From positions 80,974,001 to 81,038,000 of the forward strand of contig NC_086097.1 of assembly GCF_963921235.1 (NCBI RefSeq): a stretch of DNA of 64,000 nt. Reading direction: 5' to 3'. Of the stretch, positions 27,755 through 40,200 are shown one piece after another. The notes under the pieces are model-generated. The model worked only from the letters and a program-made list of their open reading frames with translations, ran no database searches and had not been told where the DNA came from. Positions within the stretch are counted from its first letter, which is position 1; every line of letters starts with the position of its first letter. Made by a program: the position numbers and the translations under genes. This stretch comes from Mobula hypostoma (Eukaryota).

Positions 27755-28740
27755 CAGAATCAGGTTTATTATCACCTGCATGTGTCATGAAATTTGTTAA
27801 CCTAGCAGCAGCACTTCAATGCAATACATATTATAGAAGAGAAAAAAAATTAATAAATAGATTACAGCATATGTATAATGAATAGATTAAAAATTGTGCA
27901 AAAACAGAAATATATATTAAAAAGTGAGGTAGTGTTCACAGGTTCAATATCCATTTAGGAATCGGATGGCAGAGGGGAAGAAGCTGTTCCTGAATAACTG
28001 AGTGGGTGCCTTCAGGCTTCTGTACCTCCTACCGATGGTAACAGTGAGAAAAGGGCATGCCCAGGGTGCTGGAGGTCCTTAATAATGGATGCTGCCTTTC
28101 TGAGACACTGCTCCCTAAAGATGTCCTGGGTACTTTGTAGGCTAGTACCCAAGATGGAGCCAACTAAATTTACAACCCTCTGCAGCTTCTTTCGGTCCTG
28201 TGTAATAACCCACACCCCTTCCCCCCCCCCCCCACATACCAGACAGTGATGCAGCCTGTCAGAATGCTCTCCATGGTACATCTATAGAAGTTTTTGAGTG
28301 TATTTGTTGACATACCGAATCTCTTCAAACTCCTAATGAAGAATAGCCTTCTTTATAATGACATTGATATGTTGGAAGCAGGTTAGATCCTCAGAAATCT
28401 TAACACCCAGGAACTTGAAACTGCTCACTCTCTCCACTTCTGATCCCTCTATGAGGATTGGTACATGTTCCTTCGTCTTATCCTTCCTGAAGTCCACAAT
28501 CAGCTCTTTCGTCTTATTGACGTTTGAGTGCAAGGTTGTTGCTGCGACACCACTCCACTAGTTGGCATATCTCGTTCCTGTGCATCCTCTTGTCTCCATT
28601 TGAGATTTTACCAACAATGGTTGCATCAGCAGCAAATTCATAAACGGTATTTCAGCTATACCTAGCCACACGGTCATGGGTATAGAGAGAGTAGAGCAGT
28701 GGGCCAAGCACAAACCCCTCAGGTGCACCAGTGTTGATCA
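27755..28740 (-). mobile_element. Rex1/Babar-like LINE 3' ~1 kb
   Basis: NVNKTKELIVDFRK...VERVSSFKFLGVKISEDLT and KKLQRVV...KAASIIKD..HPGHALFSLLPS are RT C-terminal motifs. Confidence 0.9.
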
Positions 28741-30736
28741 TATTGGCAATTGCTTCTAGGTCAATTAGTTTTACATACCAGATTGAGAATACCTCTCATT
28801 ATTTGACAAAATTCAAAGATGAAAGGACGTGCATTGATTTAGGTGAGAATCAGACGTGCGACAGGCTCAAAAGTTAGAAGATCCATTTCTCTGGCAAGGT
28901 TTCCTGCCAAAGTAATACTGCACAGATCCACAAGAGTACCATCTACTAAATGCTCTGTAGTTACACAGCTAGACTACTCCAGCACATGAACTCTACATTC
29001 AATGTGGACAAGAGCAGCAGGCACATCAAATCACCAATACCAGATGGTTTCCCTCCATTTGCAGACTATCCTGACATGGAAATATTACATTTGGTCCTTC
29101 AGTGTCACTGGATCTAAATCCTGAAAATTCCTCCGCATCAGCCCTGTGGTAATACCTTCACAAGCAAGACTGAAGCAGTTCCAAACATCAGCTAAATACC
29201 ACCTTCTCAAGAGAAATCAGGAAATGCTGACTGTCAGCAACACCCAGTTCCTGAAATATGAATGAAGTAGTTATAAATATTTTCTACTGTCAATTTATCT
29301 ATTTCATAGCAGGTTTGGTACCAATTGTCCCACTAAATGTTTTACAGCTGAAGTAAATGCAGGTGTTTCAGTGGTGATTAAAATTACAATTAGTGAAGGC
29401 ATACAGTAACTATTCTTCAAAGAGATGGAAACTGCAATCTTTTCCCCCTAAAACTAAATGAGATTTCACACATTTTCCTGTTTAATATTCAAATACATAT
29501 CAGTGGCAGAGATAATATTTAGATTTATGGCCCATAACAGAGCCATTATGTCACATGTAGAGCAATGACCCAGTGAGAGAACAGGAGTCATTTTTATAAA
29601 CACAGTTATGATGATGAGAAATTAAATTACTCTTCTAATTACAAGTTTCTTTCACAATCAAGAGCACTGGGTAAAAAGGAACATGCCTTTCTGTCACAGT
29701 TGATCCAAATATCAACCAGAATATTTACACTGACACTGATTGGAAAAACTATAAGATGTAAACAACCAATGGGGGAGTGCGGAGAGCAAATGTCACATGA
29801 CCAAGAAGCATTCTGGAAATGTTTGGCCAAATATGCAGGAACATAATGGACCAGATCAAAGAGACATGACAAAGGGCTGTATTAACAGTAATCTAAACTA
29901 AAGTGGGAGAAGCCCATCGAAACCCTGCATCACGACACAGTGATGAGATCAGGGTAGATTAATGTTCTGCAAGTGGGTGTGAAACACAGATCCGTACAAC
30001 AAAAGAACAGGCCTTTGGCCCACAGAGTCTGTGCCAACCATGTTGACTAGTTAAACACACACTAAAGTAATCTCATTTACTTGCACATGACCCATATCCC
30101 TCCATTTCTTGCCTGTCAAAATGCATCTTAAACATTGCTAGAGAGAGATTGGTAGGTTCCTATAACACATTTCCTTTAGCTCCAACAGGCAATATGTTCC
30201 AGGCACTTACCTATCTCTGTGCTTTTAAAAAAAAGGCTTGCCTTGTAATCTCCTTTCAACTTCTCCCCCTCTAGTTTTAAAACAACAACCTCTAATATCT
30301 GACTCTGGAATAAAGATGGACTCCACAACCCATCTATGCTTTCTATAATTTTCCATGCTTCTATCACATTGCTCTAATTTTGGACGCTCCAGATAAAACA
30401 TTTCCATTTTTACCTTATAACTAATACTCTCTGATCCAAGCAATATTTTGGTCAATCTTTTCTGTACCCTCTCCAAAGGCTTCACGTCCTTACAGTAATC
30501 TAGTGACCAGAGCTACACACAATACTCCAAATGTGGCCTAACTAAAGTTTAAACAACTACAACAAGGTTTTCTATCTTTTATACTCAGCATTCCAAATGA
30601 TGAAGGCTAGTACAAAGCATGCCTTTTCTTTAAACCATATTTTGAACTTGTGTTACTACCTTCAAGAAGCAATGCACTTAGACTCCAAGATCCCTCTGCA
30701 CACATCAGTGCTCCTAAGGGCCCTGCCATTTAGTGG

Positions 30737-30840
30737 AGATGTTCATGCCATCAAGTTGGAGGCTACCTGGACGAACATGAGCTGTTGCTCCTCCAACCTG
30801 AGACTGCTTCATCATGGCAGTAGCGAAGGCCATGGACAAA
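30737..30840 (-). mobile_element. Penelope-like element fragment (GIY-YIG C-terminus)
   Basis: Minus strand reads, across frameshifts, VHGLRYCHDE..RLEEQQL..GSLQLDGMN. Confidence 0.6.
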
Positions 30841-30928
30841 ATTCTGCCACTTACTGTATGCTTTCCTCTTGTAGTTGTCCAGATTAAACTTCATCTGCCA
30901 TTTCTCTGCCTATATTTTCAATTGATCT

Positions 30929-31405
30929 AGGCCACTTTATTAGGTACAGCTGTACATTAATACAAATGTCTAATTGACCAATCATGTGGTAGCAACTCAA
31001 TGCATAAAAGCATGCAGACATGTGGCAGTTCAGTTGTTGTTCAGACCAAACATCACAAGAAATGTGATCTAAGTGCCTTTCACTGTGGAATGACTGCCGG
31101 TGCCAGACAGAGTGGTTTGAGCTTCTCAGAAACTGCTGATCTCCTGGGATTTTCATGCACAACCATCTATAGAATTTAGAGAATGGTGCAAAAAAAAATC
31201 CAATGAATGGCATTTCTGTGGGCAAAAACACCTTGTTATTGAGAGAGGTCAGAGGAGAATGGCCAGACTGGTTCAAGCTGACAGGAAGGGAAGAGTAACA
31301 GAGAAAGAGCACCTCTGAATGCACAATGCATCGAAGTGAAGTGGGCCACAGCAGCCGAGGACCACAAACTTACACTCAGAGGCCGCTTCATTAAGTACAA
31401 GAGGT
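30929..31405 (+). mobile_element. Non-autonomous Tc1-like element, same family as 22529
   Basis: GGCCACTTTATTAGGTAC TIR and the same transposase 5' segment. A second same-orientation TIR copy lies at about 31374-31398. Confidence 0.85.
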
Positions 31406-32929
31406 CCATACTAACGAGGACACCGTGCATATCCTGCTGAGGCAAACTTTCTCGTTATCCACAACTCTGCCTATTTTTGTTTCATGTGCAAATTTATTAA
31501 TCAGCTCACCTACTTTTTCCTTCAAATTATTTACCTCTATCACAAAGCACAGTTTGCAACAATGATCATTGCAGAAAACCACCTGTCACAGAACCTCGGT
31601 GAAAATAACACCCCTTAACACCTCTGTTTTCCATGGCCAAACCGATTTTGAATCCAATCTACCAGGTCACTGAGGATCCTAAACATCTTAATCTCTTGGA
31701 TCAAGCTATAATTAGGGACCTGGTCGAAAACTTTATGCAACAATAGAAATCCTGTTGAAAGTCCATCAATGCAACATCCATTGTCTGACCCACATTACTC
31801 ATCCTTTTGATCTCCTCATTTCCTAACATAAATGTGGCTTCTTCCATGGTCAGAACATCTACTATCACTGGTTCCCAACCTGGGGTCCACAGGTCCTCTT
31901 GCTTAATGATATTGGTTCATGTCACAAAAAAAAAATTGGGAACTCCTGATCTACATGCTGTGTCAAGAAACCCTGCCCCATCTAGATATCTGCAACAGGG
32001 GAGACCCCATCAATATTGGGAAAATTACACACTACAACTACTCTATTGTTTTTATATCTTTCCATAATCTGTGTACATGTTCTTCCATCTCCTGCTGGCT
32101 ATTGGGATGCCTATGCTATAACCCGTTATTGTGATTGACCTTTCTTATTCCTGAACTGTCCCCTTGGTTTCTCACTGAATTATCCCTCCTAGGAGTTCCC
32201 TCTAAGTGCAGCTGAGACATTCTCCCTTAACAGTAGTGCAATTCCCCCATCTCTTTTACATCCTCCTTTACCAACCTGGAAACTTCTGAACCCTGATATG
32301 TTGAATTGTTAGTCCTTCCCTTCTCTCAACCAAATTGCTGCAATGGTTACAACGTCATATTTCCATGAAATAATCCAGGCCCAAAACTCATCTGCCTTAC
32401 CTGCAGAACTCCTGTCATTCAGCACTTCTGCCATTATCTCCTCTGTGTTCATTAACCTGGCCTTGCCTGTCCTTCCTTTCAGTCTGACTTGACCGAACCT
32501 CTACTTTCCCCTCAATCCCTCTACTTGCTCTAGTTCTCACATCCCTTGCATGCTAGCTTAATAGCTGAAAATAGCCATCAGTAAGCAGTAGACAAGATAA
32601 TTAATGGCATTTGGGACACTATACTTATTAGAATTAAGGAATGTCACACCACTGCCACACAAATACCAAGAGCAGTCCTCAGTTCAGTCTTACAATACAA
32701 AGCCGGTCCCAGAGCATTGCCTGCACTCACCAAGAATGTTGATAGCCATACGAGATGGGCTGTCAACCACTGGCCAAGTTCTATTCATTATATCTCAGAA
32801 GACTAGAAGCTCAATGTATGTTTATTTTCAGACAACTGATCTCCTTGTAGACAACCTTCTACAAAGGTTGACTGAACTTTTGGCTGTGGTTTGGAGTGCT
32901 CTTCAACCCCAAGAAAAGTAAACAGTAAG

Positions 32930-33060
32930 TCCTGATGCAGGGTCTCAAGCCAAAAAGTGAACTATTAAAGTCCCTTGCTTCCTTAGAGGCTGCTTGACCC
33001 ACCAAACTGCTCCAGCAGCTTGCCTTGTGCTCCACATTACAGCATCTGCAATCGCTTATG
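32930..33060 (+). mobile_element. Penelope-like terminal repeat remnant
   Basis: tgatgcagggtctc...gctgcttgaccc...ctccagca...cagcatctgca. Related remnants at about 37125-37190, 50275-50350, 52620-52690 and 56235-56330. Confidence 0.55.
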
Positions 33061-33409
33061 TCTCCAAAAGGAAACAATGAGTTGCACATACAAGAAAGGG
33101 AGATGGACCAATGCATTTATTAACAGAATTAACAGATTCAAACTGACACCTTACTGACCATGAGAGTGTCAAATGTGGCAATTATATCCACAAATCAGTG
33201 TGGTTACAGTGTGCAGAAAACTGCATTAAGTGGCACTTAAATCATAATAGATGTTCATTATGATCAAGTTAGAGAGGATGTCAAAAAATTTGATCGGGAC
33301 TTTCAAATGACCTTCAGACTTCAATCAGTATTGGCCCATGATTCCTTGACTCTAAACTTTGAACCCCGGAGTCCTGGTGACATTGACCCAGGATTCTGAT
33401 TTAGAAATA

Positions 33410-33615
33410 TAGCCTGGTCCAATGAGTCTGCACCATCCAATTATACTTGTGTGGACAATTAACTGACTAACATGTACATGTTTGGAACATGGGAGGAAGC
33501 CCACGCGGTCACAGGGAGAATTCACTAACTCCTTACAGACAATGGTGGAATCTAACCCGGGTTGCGAACGCTGTAACAGTGTTACACTAACCACTATACC
33601 ACTGTGCCACCCCTA
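33410..33615 (-). mobile_element. tRNA-derived V-SINE fragment
   Basis: Reverse complement of the 26975 family (actccttacagac, cccgggttgc, accactataccactgtgcc). More decayed relatives at about 39990-40175 and 59080-59365. Confidence 0.7.
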
Positions 33616-34104
33616 GCAAGCTTGATTCAAGTTGTACAGAGCTCTAGTAATTTTCTTAAAATATTTCAACTTTAGTCAATTTCAGACACTGCCAGGTGTG
33701 GCCATTCTCCCTGATGTAAAAAAAACACATTTGAAAATGTACATTCTTCTCACATAACTGTTGTAACCATGAATGAGTTCTGTCAATCACCTGCAGCTTT
33801 TTGGTCAGGACCACACTATTTAAAGCAATGATGTAGTTTCATATCTGGTTATGAAGGGATTTTAATTTGAAAAAAAAATCCTCAATCATCTTTCCCAACA
33901 CCTAAACTCTCTTCAATAACAGTAGAAAGTCAAGCAGTCTTGCGGGCTTAAATGAGGCTTTTGTTAACCTCAATAATGGTTGAACAATTTAGGAAAGAGA
34001 TTATTGAGATAAATTGAACTTCAGAAAGTCATAGAGTCACAGAGTCAGAGTTCTGCTGGACCTTCAGCCTGCTAAATTTCCGTAACAAGTACTCATCTAT
34101 ACTC

Positions 34105-34375
34105 AGAATCAGGTTTATTATCACTGGCATGTGACGTGAAATTTGTTCACTTAGCAGCAGCAGTTCAATGCAATACATAATTTAGTAGAGAGAAAAAATA
34201 AAACAATAATAAAGTAAATCAATTACATATATTGAATAGATTTAAAAATGTGCAAAAACAGAAATACTGTATATTAAAAAAAGTTAGGAATTGGATGGCA
34301 GAGGAGAAGAAGCTGTTCCTGAATCGCTGTGTGTGTGCCTTCAGGCTTCTGTATCTCCTACCTGATGGCAACAGT
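34105..34375 (-). mobile_element. Rex1/Babar-like LINE 3' end
   Basis: LPSGRRYRSLKAHTQRFRNSFF. Near-identical tail to the 27755 copy. Confidence 0.85.
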
Positions 34376-34394
34376 ATCATCTCATTTACTAACA

Positions 34395-35510
34395 CTTGGA
34401 CCAAGCCTTCTCTGCCTTAGCAATGTAAGATAATATCTGTCTCTACCACCCATTCAGGGAGCACATTCCAAATTCCAGGCATTCTCTGATGTAAAAAGAA
34501 GCCTCCTGAGATGCTCTCTGAACCTATTCCCTGCAGCTTTTGATATTTCTGTAGTGGAGAAAACTTCCTATTCTCAACTCCGCTTACGCCTGTCATTATT
34601 TTGTGAACCTCCCTCAGGCTCCATCGCACCCCCCCCCCCCGCCAAGGACTTCTCCACTTCAATATAAACTAACCTTTGAGTCCCTCCCCATAACTGAAAT
34701 GCTACATCCCACACTCCTCCCTAGTGAATCCTCTCTGCACCCTCTCCAGTGCAATCACATCCTTCGCATGCTATGGAATCGGATCTGCACACAGTACTCC
34801 AGCTGTGGCCTAACTAACATTTTACTAACTTATTCCATAACCTCCCTGCCCTTATATACTATGCCCCAGCTAATTGTAGCAAGTACCCTGTACAGCTTCT
34901 TTACCATCTTATTTCCCCGTGCTGCCAGCTTCAGGGATTCTAGTATACCAGAGTCCTTCTGTTCTTCAATACTCATCAGGACTTTATCATTCATTGTGTA
35001 TGTTCCTCTTTGGTCTTCCTAATGTTCATCACTTCATACTTGTCAGGATTAAATTCCATTGGCCATTACTCTTCCTATTTCATCAACAACTAGCCACCTC
35101 ACAATCAACAACATTACCAATTTTATTTTACTTGTTATAGCTCTTGCATTAATATCCAAACTCAATTAACTGTGAGATATTGATTCAGTATCGATTCCTG
35201 TGATATACAAATTGTCTTGGGTTTGTAATCGCAAAAGCAACCCTCCACCACCACCTTCTGCCTCCTACTATCAAGCCAAATTTGGATCCAATTTTCCAAA
35301 TTATCCTGGAAACTCATGGGCTCTGAACATTTGGATGAGCTTCCTATATGGAACCTTGGGAAAGACTCTTTTGAAATCCAGGTAAACTACTTCCACTGCA
35401 CTCTTCTCGTAAGAACATTGGTTATTGCTTAGAGAAATGCAATAAAGTTCTTCAGGCACGATCTCCCCTAACAGAGCCATGGTGACTATTTTTGGTTAAT
35501 CACTGCCTTG
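34395..35510 (-). mobile_element. Decayed CR1 LINE
   Basis: Minus-strand CR1 3' motifs (FFLHQR..IWNVLPE.VVE; cacagtactccagctgtggcct). Confidence 0.8.
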
Positions 35511-35534
35511 ACAAAGTACAAGTTTGATGTTTTC

Positions 35535-35834
35535 TTTTTTTTTGCGTGTGCCTGTGTGCGTGTGAGTCTGTGCGCATGCTTGCATGCGTCCGTGATGATG
35601 TCTTTTTCATGGCTTTTACAAAGCGCGGAGCGAGAGAGAGAGACTGTGTGGCACGCCACTCCTCACAAACATTTTCACAGTATTTTCCCTTTATTTTACG
35701 AGGTCAAGTTACGATCTCGACACTCAACCCAGCATGGATGGAAAGCGTACTCGTGAGCGGACCCGACTAGTTTTGAACCCGGGAACCTCCACTCCAGGGT
35801 CCAATGCTGATGTCGTTGTGCCACCAGCCGGCCC
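35535..35834 (-). mobile_element. Young full-length tRNA-derived SINE with poly(A) tail and 17-bp TSD
   Basis: Perfect direct repeat acaagtttgatgttttc at 35518-35534 and 35835-35851. Minus-strand head GGGCCGGCTGGTGGCACAACG...GGTTCAAAAC (A/B boxes). A9 tail. CpG-rich. Confidence 0.92.
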
Positions 35835-36341
35835 ACAAGTTTGATGTTTTCATATAAATTTAATCAATTTGCCCCAAAGTTCAGGATTTCAGGAGAGTTT
35901 GAATAGCAATTTTGTTCATTAAATTATAATTAAGTAAATAATATGGATGAATTCTGAAGCATTTTGAGTACCTTGTAGCTTATATAGAACACTGATGTCA
36001 TCCCTAAGATTCAGCTACACCATTTGCATTTTGTGTGCAGTTTCAATGTACCAGAGCCTACTTTATTTGATTGAAGTTATCTCCCTTAGAAAAGCATCCA
36101 ATTTTTATTACCAGTCATTGATACAAAAGAAATCACTCATATGTAAAAGGATTTCCTGACATTCGACCTAAAATTGCCTTTCACACATCTGAAGCTCTGT
36201 TCTTCTGACTAATGGTTGTAGTTTTAGCTTCTTGACCTGAGATAATGCCCTCTTGTTCTGGATTCTACCATTAGGGAAAACAGGTACCCTCCTCAGAATC
36301 TGAGACATTTCTATTCAATAAATTTAAGTTCCTTAACTGCT

Positions 36342-36996
36342 TGTAAGGAAGGAGTTAGATGTGATTCTTCCATGGCATATGCAAAAATGAAATGGAAGTC
36401 TGTAGGACAATGCGCTGTGAGGGATTGTTTTGAAAAAGTACAAGAGAACCAGTCCACAGCAATGTTGTGAGGAAGTTAATGGTATACAAGTCAATAGCTA
36501 TAACAGTGGAAGAAGATGAAAAACATGTTTTTCATGGGAAGGCAATGTCATTGTGCAGGTGCAGTACCAAACGCACAGAAAGGTACCAGTGTAAGGGGTT
36601 TTGAAGGGTCTATAAAAGGAGCACCTTCTTGGTGCAAGGAGAGTGTTTTGTCCTTGGCTCGGTCACGGCAGGTGATCAGTGCTAAGATTGGGAACAGTAT
36701 GTCAAGAAAGTCAGAGCATGTCAAATTGGAGTTAGACTTAGAGAGGGGAGGCTGTGTGGAAGCATTCCGCAGAACAGCTCATTCAGAGGATAAGTATTAT
36801 TTTGATTTCTGTACTGTTACAATATACTGCTGTAGAGATTTGTTTGTACTTTTGTATTGCATTTGTGCTAGTTCTATTAAACTGTTTTCTTGTGGCCCTG
36901 AACTCGTGTGTTGTCTCCTTTGTTTGTGAATACATATGCAAACACCCTGAGCCGAACCAGGAAAGAACACAAATTTTAAAGTAATTTTTGTTTACG
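36342..36996 (+). mobile_element. Solo LTR, 655 bp, 5-bp TSD
   Basis: Termini TGTAA...TTACG. CTGCT on both sides (36337-36341 and 36997-37001). TATAAAA at 36611 and ATTAAA at 36876. Confidence 0.78.
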
Positions 36997-37216
36997 CTGC
37001 TCTGATGAGATTTGAATTGCCACTTAATTGTCACATTATTTTAGCCATCATCAGCCCTCACCTTTTCTGTTTCCAAGACAGAACTGTTGCTCACATTCTA
37101 CTGAAGGCGTTGAACACAGCTTTGTTGAAGGATCCTAGTTCTGAAGCATTATCCTGCCTGAACTGCTGAGTTCTTTTTCTAGCATTTTTATTTGTTCTTA
37201 TTTATCCTCTTACCTC

Positions 37217-37218
<2 letters not shown>

Positions 37219-37256
<38 letters not shown>
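37219..37256. repeat. (TG)n microsatellite
   Basis: Directly visible. Confidence 0.97.
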
Positions 37257-37260
<4 letters not shown>

Positions 37261-40200
37261 GACCTAAATCAAGCTTATTTTGTCTGTAAAACAGGTTATA
37301 TTGCTTTTGTCTATTCCAATCTTCAGACACTTGGCAAACAATAAATACCTTGTTTTGTTCTTGATAATCACTTTTTACTTTGCCACTTAGTATCAAGTCT
37401 GAAGTTACAGTCAAAAGCAATCCCTAAACTTTAAAAGGTCAATCAGCTTTCTGAAGAGAACACTTGTTAACTATTTATTTGGTTAAAGTTTCAACTTTAT
37501 AAAAGGTATTCTTTTCTGCATTATGCAACTGAAATTTGAAAAACAAACTTTCACAAAAAAATAAAGATCAGGGGAGAGCTGTCTGTTTGATTGGCACCAA
37601 ATCAGCTCCCATAGAGATCACTCCCTCCACCACTAGGGCACCATGTCTCCTGTGTGAACCAGCTATAAAATGCACTGCAATTACTCACATAGCTGACTTC
37701 ACATCACCACCCTCAAGTTCCCCTTGAAGTTTCACACTATGGAAATTCAATACCATCATTACTATTGGATCAAACTCCTGGAATTCTCCTCTCAAATATG
37801 AATATTTAAAAAAAACATTTCTCATTGATGGCAAAATGACTTCCAACAGAGACTTCAGGAACATATCAGGCATCCCAATATTCTGCAGTTGCAAAACAAG
37901 TCCCTGCACTGTTAACAGGGTGCTTGAACTGAAGAAAACAGGTTCATATTTGTCTCAGGCTGGCACATTGTACCTTTCACGATTTAATCCCATGTGGGAG
38001 TACATCGAGAAGCATTTGTACTCGTTTGGGGAAAGGTAGCACTGTGGTTGTACATCTGGACCAAACAAAATTGGATGATTTTGGTAAAATTTCATCATAG
38101 AAAAAAGTCAAAAAATCAGCAACTTTTGTCAAAACCCAACATATTTATTAATAACTTTAAGACTATAGGAGTGAATCTTACCAAGTCTGGCCAAATTGTG
38201 ACAACGTTTTAATGCTGCTTTATAACCTACTCATTACAGATTTTGTGTCTCCGAGCACTCTAATTAACTTTTTCTCTACAGCCAGCATAGTATCTTGCAC
38301 TGAGTTCCAATTATCCATCAACTTTACCTTCATTTAGCTCTGCCTTCTCATTTGATTCAATTCTAAATCACTGTACTCATCTTCCATTGCCATGCATAAA
38401 ACTGCAATCTTTTCCAGTCTTCCATTCCCTTCAGGTTTTCAGAGTCTAGCTTCCTGAACGTTCATGTGATGCCAGCAATTTTCTCCCCAAACTCATCTCT
38501 CTAGCCAAGCTTTAAACACTTTTCCTTCAACATTATATACCATGAAGGTTCTGCTTTCTTTCATGGAAGCATTCTTGCTTTCTGTGTTAAGGCACCATGG
38601 GTTACAACTACATCAATTCATTGAACTCTGCAGTTAAGCTGATCTTAGAGTATGCCAAAGAGCCGACTACGCAGAGAACCTTTGTGATCCAGATCCTGAA
38701 ATCTGCAGTTACTTCACCAAAATGTATAGTTCCATCTAAAACCTGAATATTGTTTACTGTTCCTTTGTTTTTGGTACAAGAGCACATGCATTGAGACAAA
38801 TCATCCACCAGCTGCAGGAACCCAAGTTGCCCTTAATGTTCACGTTTCAAGCTGTGATCTTAAAAGAAACTTATTATTCTTTCTTACTGCAACCCAATGA
38901 CTACATAGCTTGGTGCTGGTTCAAATTTTGACCTTTAAAATCCAAGTGAAAAGAAAGTAGTTATGTCATAACTGGCCTTCAATGAAGACAGCAAACGAGT
39001 ACAGCAATACTGACCTTCAAAATTCAGTAAGCAAACCAATGCATCAACCTTTTGTGGGCTAAATCTGGCACATATTCAGCATTTACAAAAATCTATGTAC
39101 AATATGGCTCTGATATTAAGATTAATTCTACAATATTCATAAGATGCAAGAATAACTACAAAGAATATGTTGATGTGATTTCTATAGGATATTGCACTGT
39201 CAGAGTTAGTTATGTATGAGCTACAATTTAATCTTACTTCAGGGCAGCTAATAAAGCTTGCTTCTGGAGAGACATCCCTTATCTAGGTCAAGGGCTAGAT
39301 CTGACTGCAGAATAGCAACCAACCCAGCATTAATAATTGAAAGCAGAAGATTGCACCCTTTATGAAGTAATTCCCACTAACCTCTTAGAAACCTTGAACA
39401 TGTGGACAGTAGTAGCCAGACTTAAAAAAAACTCACCAACTTCAACCTTGCCTGTAGGGTTATTCGCTCTGGACTTGAGGAGAGAATTTATTCCCAATTT
39501 GCTTCTTGCTATTGTATTAAAATGCATTACAGACAGAAGGAAATAAATTTACATTGCTAATTGGAAAAATATTTATGACTTACCATTGTTCTGCCTTTTC
39601 GTACCCACAGAAGATTAGAGTCCCAAAGAACGTACAGCATAGGAAGAGATCATTAAGGCAGCCATGTTGCCCATACAGGCTAAAATGTGCTTCAGGTAAA
39701 CCCTACTCCCAGTTCTCAACTTAGAGAGCTGTGGGTTATGGCCCTTCAAGTGATCATAGAGAACGCTTTTAAATGTGACCTCTGGTCTTTCACTTTTTCA
39801 GGCAGAGTCTGCATTCCCACAACATGTTCACTAATCTTTTTTATTTCCTCAAGCTCCCCCTTCTACTTAGGTATTAATAGCACTACTAAAGGAAATTGGT
39901 CCTTTCTATATCCTGTGTGCAAATGCTTCCCCCATTTGTTCTAGTTTTTTTTTCATATATTCTGTTTATTGTGGAGCATTTCCATCCCTACCCTGATTCA
40001 TATATACGGCAGGTAATTTACAGCTTCCAAATTGTAGCCTTTTGAGATGTTGGACTGAGGCTTTAGAAGGAAACCAGTGGTTAACAAGATAAACCAAATC
40101 CACAGCACAAGAGTTCCAGACTGAACTTGGATGTATGAAGCTGTGAGGCAGCACCACTATCTGCTGTACCACTGCACTTAAAGTTTTGTTTTGTTTTGAA

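Larger units (their letters stand above)
29985..32420 (-). mobile_element. Fragmented CR1 LINE with nested Penelope and Tc1 insertions
   Basis: LERVQKRLTKIL and INKFAHETKIG motifs on the minus strand, interrupted at about 30737-30840 and 30929-31405. Confidence 0.8.

Noticed and set aside
35760..35834. Possible tRNA gene
   Set aside because: It is the tRNA-like head of a SINE, with body, poly(A) and TSD. No clean cloverleaf is evident.
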